A DNA stretch of 44,638 nucleotides from the IMG/VR virus record IMGVR_UViG_3300037692_000212, positions 1-44,638 of that record, one strand, 5' to 3'. Positions 44,595 through 44,638 of the stretch are shown here, piece after piece. A model generated the notes under the pieces. The model saw only the letters and a list, made by a program, of their open reading frames with translations. It made no database searches and was not told where the DNA came from. Numbering within the stretch: position 1 is the stretch's first letter; the number at the start of each line of letters is the position of its first letter. Origin of the DNA: a virus. Lineage: Duplodnaviria > Caudoviricetes. The translations under genes were made by a program, and so were the position numbers.

Positions 44595-44638
44595 GTGGAT
44601 AGATCCGAGCTTCGCCAGCACCTAGCCGACTTCACGAT
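44595..44638 (+). CDS. Partial (3'-truncated) ORF
   Basis: GGGGAGA RBS, GTG, MDRSELRQHLADFT..., open at the window end. Confidence 0.45.
   Translation, partial: MDRSELRQHLADFT

Overview
This window is a nearly complete, probably circularly permuted, GC-rich siphovirus genome of an Actinomycetota host, judged from WhiB, an actinophage-type amidase and a hexamer/pentamer capsid pair. The + strand runs: WhiB; AAA helicase-like replication protein and iteron-like origin; small early genes including an LPxTG surface protein; TerS/TerL; portal; protease; major capsid; then a ~7 kb insert (initiator tRNA, HNH, four glycosyltransferase genes, two FkbM methyltransferases); second capsid protein; tail tube; neck and tail genes; lysis. 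The right end is a - strand block with Erf and HTH/RHH genes. I found no integrase, DNA polymerase or CRISPR. Two candidate systems stand out. (1) A virion glycosylation/methylation locus whose likely acceptors (both capsid proteins and the tail tube) all end in Cys-x3-4-Ser, and whose first glycosyltransferase is broken by a stop plus +1 frameshift. (2) An unusual translation-initiation set-up: an atypical tRNA-fMet (A1:C72, U31:G39) apparently transcribed without a 5' leader, many leaderless mRNAs, and two probable CTG starts including the tape measure. All family calls come from motifs read by eye; no searches were run.
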